From positions 151,707-215,706 of the forward strand of contig JBIOWE010000006.1 in NCBI GenBank assembly GCA_044868145.1: 64,000 bases of DNA, given 5' to 3'. Below the pieces are notes generated by a model, which worked only from the letters and a program-made list of their open reading frames with translations, ran no database searches and had not been told where the DNA came from. Below are positions 18,422-26,648 of this stretch, in pieces. Source of the DNA: Patescibacteria group bacterium. Its GTDB lineage: Bacteria > Patescibacteriota > Patescibacteriia > UBA10025 > JBIOWE01. Within the stretch, counting starts at the first letter, position 1. Each line of letters opens with the position of its first letter. The translations under genes and the position numbers were made by a program.

Positions 18422-18592
18422 ATGTACGACAATCGTTTGCGCAGAAAGGTGTTCCCGATCGGAAAGTACAGTTATGCGCTTACTGTGCCTAAGGATTTAT
18501 TGAAATTACTGGGTTGGCAGCCGGGGGAAGCGCTCGAAGTGGTGCCGGATTTGGGGAAAAAGCGAATTATTGTAAAGCGGTATAAGTTTTAG
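18422..18592 (+). CDS. AbrB/MazE/SpoVT-type (swapped-hairpin) DNA-binding protein, 56 aa; below the ORF-track cutoff
   Basis: MYDNRLRRKVFPIGKYSYALTVPKDLLKLLGWQPGEALEVVPDLGKKRIIVKRYKF matches the AbrB/MazE fold pattern. No SD. Confidence 0.55.
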   Translation: MYDNRLRRKVFPIGKYSYALTVPKDLLKLLGWQPGEALEVVPDLGKKRIIVKRYKF

Positions 18593-18747
18593 GAGACCCT
18601 GAATCAAGTTCAGGGTGACAATTAAAGACGGAATGCTCTTTTGCTGTCATGCTGAACCCTGTCCTGACGAATGTCAGGATTGTTTCAGCATCTCTATAGG
18701 TGAGGTCCCTCGCTCCGTCGCGTTTATATACGCGACTTCGCTCGGGA

Positions 18748-18793
18748 CGAAGGTCAAGTTTTCTTCATAAAGACTTGACCTTCGGTTTTTCTT
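18748..18793 (+). terminator. Rho-independent terminator (11-bp stem CGAAGGTCAAG / CTTGACCTTCG plus T-run) overlapping the next -35
   Basis: Read directly. Confidence 0.6.
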
Positions 18794-18803
18794 CGGCTAT
18801 ACT
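18775..18803 (+). promoter_or_regulatory. Promoter TTGACC-17-TATACT, 8 nt before the ATG at 18812
   Basis: Hexamers and spacing read directly. Confidence 0.5.
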
Positions 18804-18811
18804 AAAGAAGT

Positions 18812-19063
18812 ATGGAAGCCGAGGTTGTGGATATATTCGCTTCGTTTACGAAAGAAGGGCCAAGGCCTCAATTGATACGGCATAAGGGGCATAGTTATCG
18901 TATTAACCGCGTGAATTTGCATTATACGGCCAGGGAAGGGGGCAGGGTGGTCCATTATTTCGCGTGTTCCGACGATGCCAATTATTTCCAGTTGCGATTC
19001 GATCCGGTGGAATTACGCTGGCAATTGATGCAAATCGAGGATTACACGGAGCCAACTTCATGA
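18812..19063 (+). CDS. Hypothetical 83-aa protein, translationally coupled (ATGA) to dinB
   Basis: Its stop overlaps the dinB ATG at 19060. No recognisable motif. Confidence 0.45.
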   Translation: MEAEVVDIFASFTKEGPRPQLIRHKGHSYRINRVNLHYTAREGGRVVHYFACSDDANYFQLRFDPVELRWQLMQIEDYTEPTS

Positions 19064-20277
19064 ACCGTGTCGTTCTCCACCTGGACATGAACTCCTATTT
19101 TGCCTCAGTAGAACAGCAGGCAAATCCGTTTTTGCGGGGCAAGCCGGTTGGGGTCTGCGCGACTATGACAAAAAACGGCTGTATTATCGCGTCGTCGAAA
19201 GAGGCAAAAGCCGTTGGTATTAAGACGGGTTGTCGCGTGCAGGACGCGCTTTTTTTATATCCAAATGTCGCGCTTGTGCCGGTTGATCCGCCGAAATATC
19301 GTTCCACAACGCAAAAGATTTTTTCCATTATTGCGGAGTACACCGAAGACGTCGAGCATTATTCCATTGATGAAGCGTTTTTGAATCTCACGGGTTTCGT
19401 TGAGACGCTTGCGGAAGCAAAGGAGAAGGCTATGGAAATCCAACGGCGCGTCAAAGAGGAGGTGGGCGATTGGCTCACGTGTTCCATGGGTATAGCGCCG
19501 ACGCGCTGGCTTGCGAAGTTCGGGTCCGACACCGCGCCCAAAGGTGGAATTGTTGTGCTCAACCGTCAAAACCTTCTGGCGTATCTCAAGGGACGTGAAT
19601 TGACCGAGGCGTGGGGGATTGCGCATGGTTTGGAACGCCGGTTGCACGTGCTCGGGATTTGGACGCTTGACGAGCTGGCGCAATATCCGGTCGCGAATCT
19701 GATGCGCGTATTTGGTATTCGTGGATATGAGATGTGGGCCAACGTGAACGGTATTGAGTTCTCGCGGGTTGAGGAGCGACGCATCCCAAAGTCCATCGGC
19801 CATTCCCATGTGTTGCGTCGGCGCGTCCGTGACATTCAATTTCATCGCGCGGTGTTCATGCGCCTGTGCGAACGGACAGGTCGGCGCTTGCGCAACATGG
19901 GCCTGGAAGCCGGTGGCGTATTCGTACAGGTTGGCAGCGACATGGGCGGCGATGGCGGCGATAAGAAGTTAGCCGAGACTATTACCGGTAGCGATGAGAT
20001 TTTCCATCATACTTGGCAGATGATCGAGCGAACGGTTAGTATAGTTGTGCCGACGTTTTTTGCGGTGGGCGTGTTCCGTTTGCAGCCGATTTCCCAACAG
20101 CAGCGACTCTGGCGCAAGCCAAAGCGCCTTCATGTGTATAAAGCGCTGGATGAGATTAACGATAAGTTTGGCGAGGAAACAATTGTGTGGGGTTCGCTTC
20201 TTGGTCTAGAAAAGCATCATGCTCCGGATAGAATCGGGTTTCGGAAGACAGTAGGCTTGGATTGGCCATTGACATAA
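19060..20277 (+). CDS. dinB: DNA polymerase IV (Y-family)
   Basis: VLHLDMNSYFASVE N-terminus (catalytic Asp), Y-family palm and finger motifs. The track start is an upstream alternative codon. Confidence 0.85.
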   Translation: MNRVVLHLDMNSYFASVEQQANPFLRGKPVGVCATMTKNGCIIASSKEAKAVGIKTGCRVQDALFLYPNVALVPVDPPKYRSTTQKIFSIIAEYTEDVEHYSIDEAFLNLTGFVETLAEAKEKAMEIQRRVKEEVGDWLTCSMGIAPTRWLAKFGSDTAPKGGIVVLNRQNLLAYLKGRELTEAWGIAHGLERRLHVLGIWTLDELAQYPVANLMRVFGIRGYEMWANVNGIEFSRVEERRIPKSIGHSHVLRRRVRDIQFHRAVFMRLCERTGRRLRNMGLEAGGVFVQVGSDMGGDGGDKKLAETITGSDEIFHHTWQMIERTVSIVVPTFFAVGVFRLQPISQQQRLWRKPKRLHVYKALDEINDKFGEETIVWGSLLGLEKHHAPDRIGFRKTVGLDWPLT

Positions 20278-20434
20278 TGTGTATCACGTTTACCTTCAGT
20301 TGTCATTTCGAACCTCGACCCTGAGTTTATCGAAGGGGCGGGGTGAGAAATCTCCAAGCTATGAGGTACTGGCCAGGAGATTTCTCGTCCCTCGACAAGC
20401 TCGGGACTCGAAATGACAGCCAGGTTGACCTGCT

Positions 20435-20463
20435 ACCAGACGCTTGGTATACTGGGCGTAAGA
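20435..20463 (+). promoter_or_regulatory. Promoter TTGACC-17-TATACT upstream of dcd
   Basis: Hexamers read directly. Confidence 0.5.
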
Positions 20464-20470
20464 ATTTTTT

Positions 20471-21028
20471 ATGTCTATCAAATCTGATCGGTGGATTCGC
20501 GAGATGTCATTGAAGCACGGCATGATCAAGCCGTTTGCGAAGCGTCAAGTGCGCAAGGGGGTCGTCTCGTACGGTCTTTCTTCGTATGGATACGATATCC
20601 GCGTGGCGGACGAATTCATGATTTTTACCAACGTGAATTCCGCGATCGTTGATCCAAAGCAAATCAATCATGAAAAGTTGCTCGTGCGGGTGAAAGCGCC
20701 TTTCATCATGATTCCGCCAAATTCGTTTGCGCTTGCGCGTACTTTGGAATATTTCAAAATTCCGCGCAACGTCCTGGCTATTTGTCTCGGAAAGTCCACC
20801 TACGCGCGATGCGGAATCATCGTGAATGTGACGCCTTTTGAACCGGAATGGGAGGGATTCGTGACTGTTGAAATTTCCAATACCACGCCGCTGCCAGCGA
20901 AAATTTATGCGAATGAGGGAATCGCGCAGGTTCTGTTTCTCGAGTCAGACGAAGTGTGCGAAGTGTCGTATAAAGATCGCAAAGGGAAATACCAAAGCCA
21001 GAAGAAAATAACCTTGCCGAAAATTTAG
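20471..21028 (+). CDS. dcd: dCTP deaminase
   Basis: Dcd/dUTPase-fold motifs (SSYGYD, GxIxN). Confidence 0.85.
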   Translation: MSIKSDRWIREMSLKHGMIKPFAKRQVRKGVVSYGLSSYGYDIRVADEFMIFTNVNSAIVDPKQINHEKLLVRVKAPFIMIPPNSFALARTLEYFKIPRNVLAICLGKSTYARCGIIVNVTPFEPEWEGFVTVEISNTTPLPAKIYANEGIAQVLFLESDEVCEVSYKDRKGKYQSQKKITLPKI

Positions 21029-21089
21029 GTCCTTCACGAACAAAAAAACCCAGAGCAGGCGGCTCTGCCCCGTATAAAATTTTACGGGG

Positions 21090-21148
21090 CTCTGCCTGCG
21101 ATAGGTTTTCCTGGTTCACGCCCATCGCACCCACGGCGGGGCGCGCTG
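21090..21148. repeat. Intergenic repeat element, copy 2 (see 11917-11975)
   Basis: Conserved 17-nt and 24-nt ends, preceded by two short hairpins. Confidence 0.6.
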
Positions 21149-21156
21149 GGTCTTCA

Positions 21157-21185
21157 TTGCAATCATGCAATTTTTTCGCTACAAT
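21157..21185 (+). promoter_or_regulatory. Promoter TTGCAA-17-TACAAT, 6 nt before the ATG at 21192
   Basis: Lies inside the 5' end of the track ORF 21165, arguing for the later start. Confidence 0.5.
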
Positions 21186-21191
21186 GAAGTC

Positions 21192-21812
21192 ATGAAAAAG
21201 CTTTTTTTGGATATTGAAACACTGCCCGCGGATCGGCTAGTCTGGGAGAAAGTTCGCGTTGGCATAAGCGATCGTTCTTCGTATGGAAAAAAATCTTACA
21301 GCGAAGACGAGCTGTACCGACGCACAGCCCTTGATGGAAATTTTGGTCGTTTGCTTTGCATTGGCTATGCGAAAGAACCGCCAGCCGGCAGCAAGTCCCA
21401 GATTATCATCGGCGACGAGGTGAAAATTTTGAAAAAGTTTTGGGACGTGGCCAAGGATGTTGACGTGTTTATCGGCCATAATATCATGGATTTTGATTTA
21501 CGCTTTATTTATAAACGTTCCGTCGTAAACAACGTGAAGCCGACGAAGTTTTTGAGCTTTGCACGGTATCGGAACAACCCTATCTTCGACACGTTGTACG
21601 AGTGGGATAAGTGGGTCGTGCGCAATACAGAGCACACGTCGCTTGATAAGCTGGCGAAAGCGCTTGATATTCCGTCATCGAAAGGAGAGCTCGACGGCTC
21701 AAAGGTATATGATTACTACCAGAACGGCAAATTGAAAGAGATTTACGATTATTGCAAAGCGGACGTTGAAGTGACCCGTCAGGTATACAAACGCATGACG
21801 TTTGAACCCTAA
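21192..21812 (+). CDS. RNase H-like 3'-5' exonuclease (DnaQ/PolB-exo-like)
   Basis: FLDIETLP Exo I motif, a later HN..FD motif and YxxxD Exo III-like motif. Confidence 0.6.
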   Translation: MKKLFLDIETLPADRLVWEKVRVGISDRSSYGKKSYSEDELYRRTALDGNFGRLLCIGYAKEPPAGSKSQIIIGDEVKILKKFWDVAKDVDVFIGHNIMDFDLRFIYKRSVVNNVKPTKFLSFARYRNNPIFDTLYEWDKWVVRNTEHTSLDKLAKALDIPSSKGELDGSKVYDYYQNGKLKEIYDYCKADVEVTRQVYKRMTFEP

Positions 21813-21813
21813 T

Positions 21814-23061
21814 ATGGCAACAACGTACGTCATTATTGGAGGGGGTGTGGCGGGCACCACCGCAGCAGAAACAATTCGCAGCCGCGACCCGAACGGTCGC
21901 ATTTTGATTATCTCCGAAGAACCGTTTCGGTTCTATTCGCGCGTGATGCTTTCGAAGCCAGAATATTTTTTGGAAAAAATACCGTTTGAAGATATTTTTT
22001 TACGAACAACAGCATGGTACGAAAAGCAGCGGATTGAATTTTTGCCGGGCCGGATTGTGACGCAAATCCACGTTGAGAAAAAAACCGTCGAAATTGATGA
22101 CGGCTCCGAGGTCGCATACGATAAATTGTTGATCGCCACAGGCACATGCGCCAACGAACTGCAAATACCTGGGGCTGACCTGCAGGGGATTTATTATTTG
22201 CGTACGCTCGATGACGCTCGTGCTATCATCGCCGCTATGAAAAAAGCGAAATCCGCCGTTGTGATCGGCGGCGGTTTTATTGGATTTGAGTTGTGTGATT
22301 TGTTCCGCCAGAAAAAGATGAATGTAACACTCGTGATCCGTGAAAAAACATATTGGGACCCTTTACTTGATCCCGTGTCCGGCCAGCTGATTGAGGCCGC
22401 TTTAACAAAGGGAGGGGTTCGCTTGGAAAAAGAGCAATACGTGACGGAATTTCGAGGAAGAGAAAGTGTGACGCATGTTGTGACGGATAGTGGAAAACAA
22501 TTGTCGTCCCATATGGTCGCGGTCGGCGTTGGCGCGTTTTGTGATATGACCTTTCTCCGCGGTAGCGGGATTGCGACGAAACGCGGTATTCTGACGAGTG
22601 AATATATGGAAACGAACGTCAAGGATATTTGGGCGGCCGGGGATGCCGCTGAATATAAAGATCTCACGTTGGATGAATATGTAATGATGGGCAACTGGGT
22701 GAATGCGCAGATGCAAGGCCGTAGCGCAGCGATGAACATGGTAGGCCAGCGTGCACCTTTTAAGTTTGTTTCGTTTTACACCACGCAGGGACTGGGGACC
22801 ACGCTGGCATTCGTGGGGGACGTTCGGCCAGATTCTCGAGAAACGATTGTGCGACATGAAGACCATACTTGGCGCACACGGATTCTCGTGGAGAAAGATG
22901 AAATCGTCGGCGCGACCATGATTAACCGCACGAGCGAGTTGCATTCTATCGGCAAGCTCATTCAGATGAATGTGAAAGTATCCACAATACGGGATCAATT
23001 GGCAGATCCTAAGGTCGTGCTGAAAGAATTGGTTGCTTCTTTGTTGAAGAAGCCAGCATGA
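21814..23061 (+). CDS. FAD-dependent pyridine nucleotide-disulfide oxidoreductase
   Basis: Two Rossmann GxGxxG/A motifs (VIIGGGVAG, VVIGGGFIG) and AAGDAA. The ATG at 21814 lies 1 nt after the upstream stop. Confidence 0.75.
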   Translation: MATTYVIIGGGVAGTTAAETIRSRDPNGRILIISEEPFRFYSRVMLSKPEYFLEKIPFEDIFLRTTAWYEKQRIEFLPGRIVTQIHVEKKTVEIDDGSEVAYDKLLIATGTCANELQIPGADLQGIYYLRTLDDARAIIAAMKKAKSAVVIGGGFIGFELCDLFRQKKMNVTLVIREKTYWDPLLDPVSGQLIEAALTKGGVRLEKEQYVTEFRGRESVTHVVTDSGKQLSSHMVAVGVGAFCDMTFLRGSGIATKRGILTSEYMETNVKDIWAAGDAAEYKDLTLDEYVMMGNWVNAQMQGRSAAMNMVGQRAPFKFVSFYTTQGLGTTLAFVGDVRPDSRETIVRHEDHTWRTRILVEKDEIVGATMINRTSELHSIGKLIQMNVKVSTIRDQLADPKVVLKELVASLLKKPA

Positions 23062-23108
23062 AAAAATCCTTTGTAAGATTTTATCCTGGCGCGCAACAAG
23101 CGCGCTTT

Positions 23109-23137
23109 TTTGACAATCTAAATCAGATTCAGTAAGA
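23109..23137 (+). promoter_or_regulatory. Promoter TTGACA-17-TAAGAT, then GGAGG SD and a GTG start
   Basis: Read directly. A weak GC hairpin plus T6 just upstream acts as terminator. Confidence 0.5.
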
Positions 23138-23160
23138 TAAAGGAAATCAAAGGAGGATCC

Positions 23161-23994
23161 GTGAACAGCTCTTTGAAATTCTGGTTGAAGGTTACACGGT
23201 TGTATCAATGCGTCATCGCTGGTTTGGCAAGTTGGATAACCGCTGTTCTTTGTGAAGGATCAACGTGGATTACTCAACAGAACGTTGTCGCCTTCGGGGT
23301 ATCAACTTTTGGTTGTCTTGGTGCATTTCTGATGCATTACGCTATTCGTCATGATACATATAAGAGCAAGTGGAAGGATGTTCACCATCAATATCGCCCG
23401 GCTTTGTTTTTGCATCTTGGTGCATATACATTTGCATTCTCAATGACCGTTGCTGCGCTATTCTTACCACTTGTCTGCCTATTCATCGTCACAATCAATT
23501 TCGCTGCTCTCTATATTTATGCCACTGTTATTCGTCATTGGTCATGGAAGAATCTCATTGCGTCTTTTCTTTGCATAACGCCGATTCTTATTGGTTGGTT
23601 TGCCGTTCAACATACAAATCCAGTGATACCATTTCTTCTCGTCAGTGCTTTTTGTATGTACATGGCTCGAGAAATCCTCAAAGATATGGAGGATCTCGAT
23701 GTTGATCGGGGTAAACGATTCACGATGGTTATGCGCTTTGGTCCTATTGCCACCATGCGGGTAGCTTCTTCTTTTCTCTTTGTCGCAGTCCTTTTCTACG
23801 GGCTAGCCGCCGTAACGATCCCACACCATTCAATGTCGGTTATTATTCCTTTCGTGATTGGGGCCATTCTTTTCTTCCAATTTGCCCTTCGCTTGTTGCT
23901 TGCCAGGGAATACACCTCTCAAGACTATAGAACCATTGATGCTGGTGTGGTAATGCTGATGCTAGCATTGTTGGCTGCCCGGGCAGGATTCTGA
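23161..23994 (+). CDS. UbiA-family prenyltransferase
   Basis: Polytopic. KDMEDLDVDRG Asp-rich motif. Confidence 0.7.
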   Translation: MNSSLKFWLKVTRLYQCVIAGLASWITAVLCEGSTWITQQNVVAFGVSTFGCLGAFLMHYAIRHDTYKSKWKDVHHQYRPALFLHLGAYTFAFSMTVAALFLPLVCLFIVTINFAALYIYATVIRHWSWKNLIASFLCITPILIGWFAVQHTNPVIPFLLVSAFCMYMAREILKDMEDLDVDRGKRFTMVMRFGPIATMRVASSFLFVAVLFYGLAAVTIPHHSMSVIIPFVIGAILFFQFALRLLLAREYTSQDYRTIDAGVVMLMLALLAARAGF

Positions 23995-23997
23995 ATA

Positions 23998-24027
23998 AGA
24001 GCATGTTAAAACGCATGCTCTTTTTAT
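23998..24027 (+). terminator. Rho-independent terminator
   Basis: AGAGCATG-loop-CATGCTCT followed by TTTTTATTT. Confidence 0.65.
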
Positions 24028-24056
24028 TTGATTTTTTGGAGCTTTTGGTTGATAAT
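24028..24056 (+). promoter_or_regulatory. Promoter TTGATT-17-GATAAT, 5 nt before the ATG
   Basis: Read directly. Confidence 0.45.
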
Positions 24057-24061
24057 GAGAA

Positions 24062-24856
24062 ATGGAAATGAAACATTCCTCGCCGAAACCAGTCAGAATT
24101 CTCAAACGGAACGTCTTACCGCACGAAATCGCAAACCAGTATCTCTATCATGAGTTTCTGAAAATTTTTTGGGACGTGAAAGATAAATCTTTCCGGCGGA
24201 AAATAAAGCAGTCACTCTTTCGGATGCGCAAACGTGATGGGAAACATACGTACTGGCTACTTGTGGCCGGAATAGGGGAGGGCTGGCGCGTGAAGTGGGT
24301 GTATCGCTTGTTGACGAACCCTGGTTACGTTTGGAACCTGGAGGAACGAAAGATTAGTGATTTAACAATGACCGGATTTAATCCCCAGATTGTTGACCGG
24401 ATCATTATGCGTAGTGGTCGAAATTTTTATCGATTCGCCGAGTACTATCATAAGCACCGGGTATTTTTCAAAAAATATATGCCCAATCTCAAATCACAGC
24501 CGGAGCGTGACAATCAGCCGGTGCTGATTTTTTACGACCATAAAGAGGGGACTATGCGATTATTTGATGGTATGCGCAGAACCGTACTTGCTGCCATAGC
24601 AAACAAAAAAACGATCAAGGCCTATGTCGGATACCCTCTTCGAAAAGGCAAAGCCATGGTGAATCTTGATAAAATTCAGTATCTTCGACTGCTTTTTCTT
24701 GACGCTCGAAAAGATAGGGAAACATATCGTTCGTTCGTGCATATCGGTAGGGAAATGGTTCGGCAATCTCAAAATGCTGCTCAAGCGTTTCGAAACAGTA
24801 TTAAGCCATGGACTCACAGCCGTGAAAGAAATTTTATTTTGGACATTTTGAAGTAG
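24062..24856 (+). CDS. Hypothetical basic protein (264 aa); C-terminal half may have a ParB/Srx-like fold
   Basis: The LIFYDHKEGTMRLFDGMRRTVLAAI pattern resembles the ParB/sulfiredoxin DG(H)HR core. Weak. Confidence 0.4.
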   Translation: MEMKHSSPKPVRILKRNVLPHEIANQYLYHEFLKIFWDVKDKSFRRKIKQSLFRMRKRDGKHTYWLLVAGIGEGWRVKWVYRLLTNPGYVWNLEERKISDLTMTGFNPQIVDRIIMRSGRNFYRFAEYYHKHRVFFKKYMPNLKSQPERDNQPVLIFYDHKEGTMRLFDGMRRTVLAAIANKKTIKAYVGYPLRKGKAMVNLDKIQYLRLLFLDARKDRETYRSFVHIGREMVRQSQNAAQAFRNSIKPWTHSRERNFILDILK

Positions 24857-24857
24857 T

Positions 24858-25181
24858 ATGAAAAAAATTCTTTGGGTCCTCATCAATTGTAATACCGTTA
24901 AAGAAGCCGACAAAATCGGTACAGCACTTTTAAAGAGGCGGCTTAGTGCATGCTATGATATTGTGCCTCGCTTGAAAACTGCGTATTTCTGGCCGCCAAA
25001 GTCTGGGAAGATCGCAAGCGCAAAAGGGGCTATCCTTATTGCAGAAACGCTACCTGGCTATTTTCAGAAAATATATAAAGTGGCAAAAGGGTTGCACAGC
25101 GATAAGATGCCATTTGTTGGGTCACTTGTTATTGAAGTGCGGAATGAGTATTACCAGTGGGTGAGGGGAGAAGTTCACTAG
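24858..25181 (+). CDS. cutA: CutA divalent-cation tolerance protein
   Basis: 107 aa. RRLSACYDIVP...LIAET...HSDKMPF...EYYQWV matches the CutA1 pattern. Confidence 0.65.
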   Translation: MKKILWVLINCNTVKEADKIGTALLKRRLSACYDIVPRLKTAYFWPPKSGKIASAKGAILIAETLPGYFQKIYKVAKGLHSDKMPFVGSLVIEVRNEYYQWVRGEVH

Positions 25182-25320
25182 TAGCCTATTCGCATAGGTG
25201 ACAAATTGATTTATCACCGGGTTGGTACCTACCAAGAAACGACTTTGACTTGTTTTTTTGCAGTGCTCAATGTTCTCTAGTATACTGTATCAGCGAGTTT
25301 ATCAGTGACATATATTACAT

Positions 25321-26106
25321 ATGAAGAAATCAATCATATTCATTATTGTTGGTCTTGTGGTAGTGGTTATTGTAGTGCTCGTGGTCATCAATAAGCCTGG
25401 TTATCAAAGCAGCAACACCGTAAATACCATTAACACAAATACCGCATCGGGCACCAGTACACAAGCGACCAATCCCGCGCAAACATTCAGATTCAGTGAT
25501 CCAAAGAAAAGCGCGCACTACGAAAGCAACACGCCGGCACACGGCTCGATTCTTCCAGCGCCGCCGGTGAACGTCGTGCTTGATTTCAACTTTGACCTAG
25601 CGACAGTCTCAACGATTTCGATCACGAAGGATGGAAAAGAGTATAGCACTGGCTCGACGACTATTGATGCGAACAAGCTCGCCATGCGCCGCACGATGGA
25701 TATGAACGCACCGGACGGACTCTATACCGTCAGCTACAACGCGTGTTGGCCGGACGGCAGTTGCCACGACGGCAATTTCCAATTCGCCATCGATCAAACA
25801 CGGGCAGCAAGCTTCGAAGACATGCGCGGGCAAACCGCAGTCACGATACACATGAAGGCCATTGCGTTTGAGCCGCGGAATATTCGCATCAGCAAAGGTA
25901 CCACTGTTACCTGGGTGAACGATGAATCGGACATCCATTACGTCAACACCGACGCCCACCCGAGTCACACGTATTACACGGCACAGAATTCTAACGCGCT
26001 AAGCAAGGGTGACACGTTCGCATTGACTTTTGATAAGCCCGGCGCGTATCCCTCTCATTGCAGCGCACACGCGGACCGAATGACAGCGATGATTTTAGTA
26101 GAATAA
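25321..26106 (+). CDS. Secreted fusion of a CopC-like copper-binding domain and a cupredoxin (blue-copper) domain
   Basis: Signal peptide, low-complexity linker, CopC signature (H..SNTPAHGS ... YTVSYNA..DG.CHDGNFQFAI), then a type-1 Cu site (H...C..H....M: HCSAHADRM). Confidence 0.65.
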   Translation: MKKSIIFIIVGLVVVVIVVLVVINKPGYQSSNTVNTINTNTASGTSTQATNPAQTFRFSDPKKSAHYESNTPAHGSILPAPPVNVVLDFNFDLATVSTISITKDGKEYSTGSTTIDANKLAMRRTMDMNAPDGLYTVSYNACWPDGSCHDGNFQFAIDQTRAASFEDMRGQTAVTIHMKAIAFEPRNIRISKGTTVTWVNDESDIHYVNTDAHPSHTYYTAQNSNALSKGDTFALTFDKPGAYPSHCSAHADRMTAMILVE

Positions 26107-26116
26107 TCAAGAAATC

Positions 26117-26148
26117 AAAAAGGCCCTTCAACAAAGAGGAGCCTTTTT
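26117..26148. terminator. Bidirectional terminator between convergent genes
   Basis: AAAAAGGC...GCCTTTTT with an imperfect inner stem. Confidence 0.45.
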
Positions 26149-26160
26149 GGTAAACGCGAT

Positions 26161-26448
26161 TTAGAGAATCGAGTCTTTTGCCTGCTTGGCAACGCGGAAC
26201 TTGACGACCGTCTTCGCGGGAATCTGGATCGTCGCGCCTGTTGCCGGGTTGCGACCTTGTCGCGCCTCTCGGTGCTTCTTTACAAGCTTCCCGACGCCCG
26301 GAAGGGTGAATTCACCCCTGCTCTTAACTTCGCTGTACGCTGTTTGCGCCAGCATCTCCATAAAATTGCCGACATCCTTCTTGGACATGCCGGTTTTTTC
26401 GGCCATGTGACCAAGGAGTTCGGACTTGCTCATGCCTTTGCCTGCCAT
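26161..26448 (-). CDS. hup: HU/IHF-family DNA-binding protein
   Basis: 95 aa. ELLGHMAEKTGMSKKD ... GRNPATG arm motif. Confidence 0.9.
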   Translation of the reverse strand: MAGKGMSKSELLGHMAEKTGMSKKDVGNFMEMLAQTAYSEVKSRGEFTLPGVGKLVKKHREARQGRNPATGATIQIPAKTVVKFRVAKQAKDSIL

Positions 26449-26648
26449 ACGCGTTTAGACCTTTCGCTTAATTGTTAATAAATCCACAAGGTAGTATAGC
26501 AGGAACGCAGGGAAACGCCAATGTTTACAAGGGTTTTTTCTAATACGAGGCTTCGGACAGTTTCCCCGCGGTTCCTTTTTTGGCTAACGAAAGGTCTTTT
26601 TACGCAAGGTAAAACCATAGTTCTTGTGGTATACTAGAAGCAATCTCC

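Noticed and set aside
18620-18690. Cys-rich 22-aa mini-ORF (MLFCCHAEPCPDECQDCFSISI) in the hairpin region after the AbrB-like gene
   Set aside because: It lies entirely within nested stem-loops with no SD or promoter. Most likely a chance ORF in a structured RNA or terminator region.
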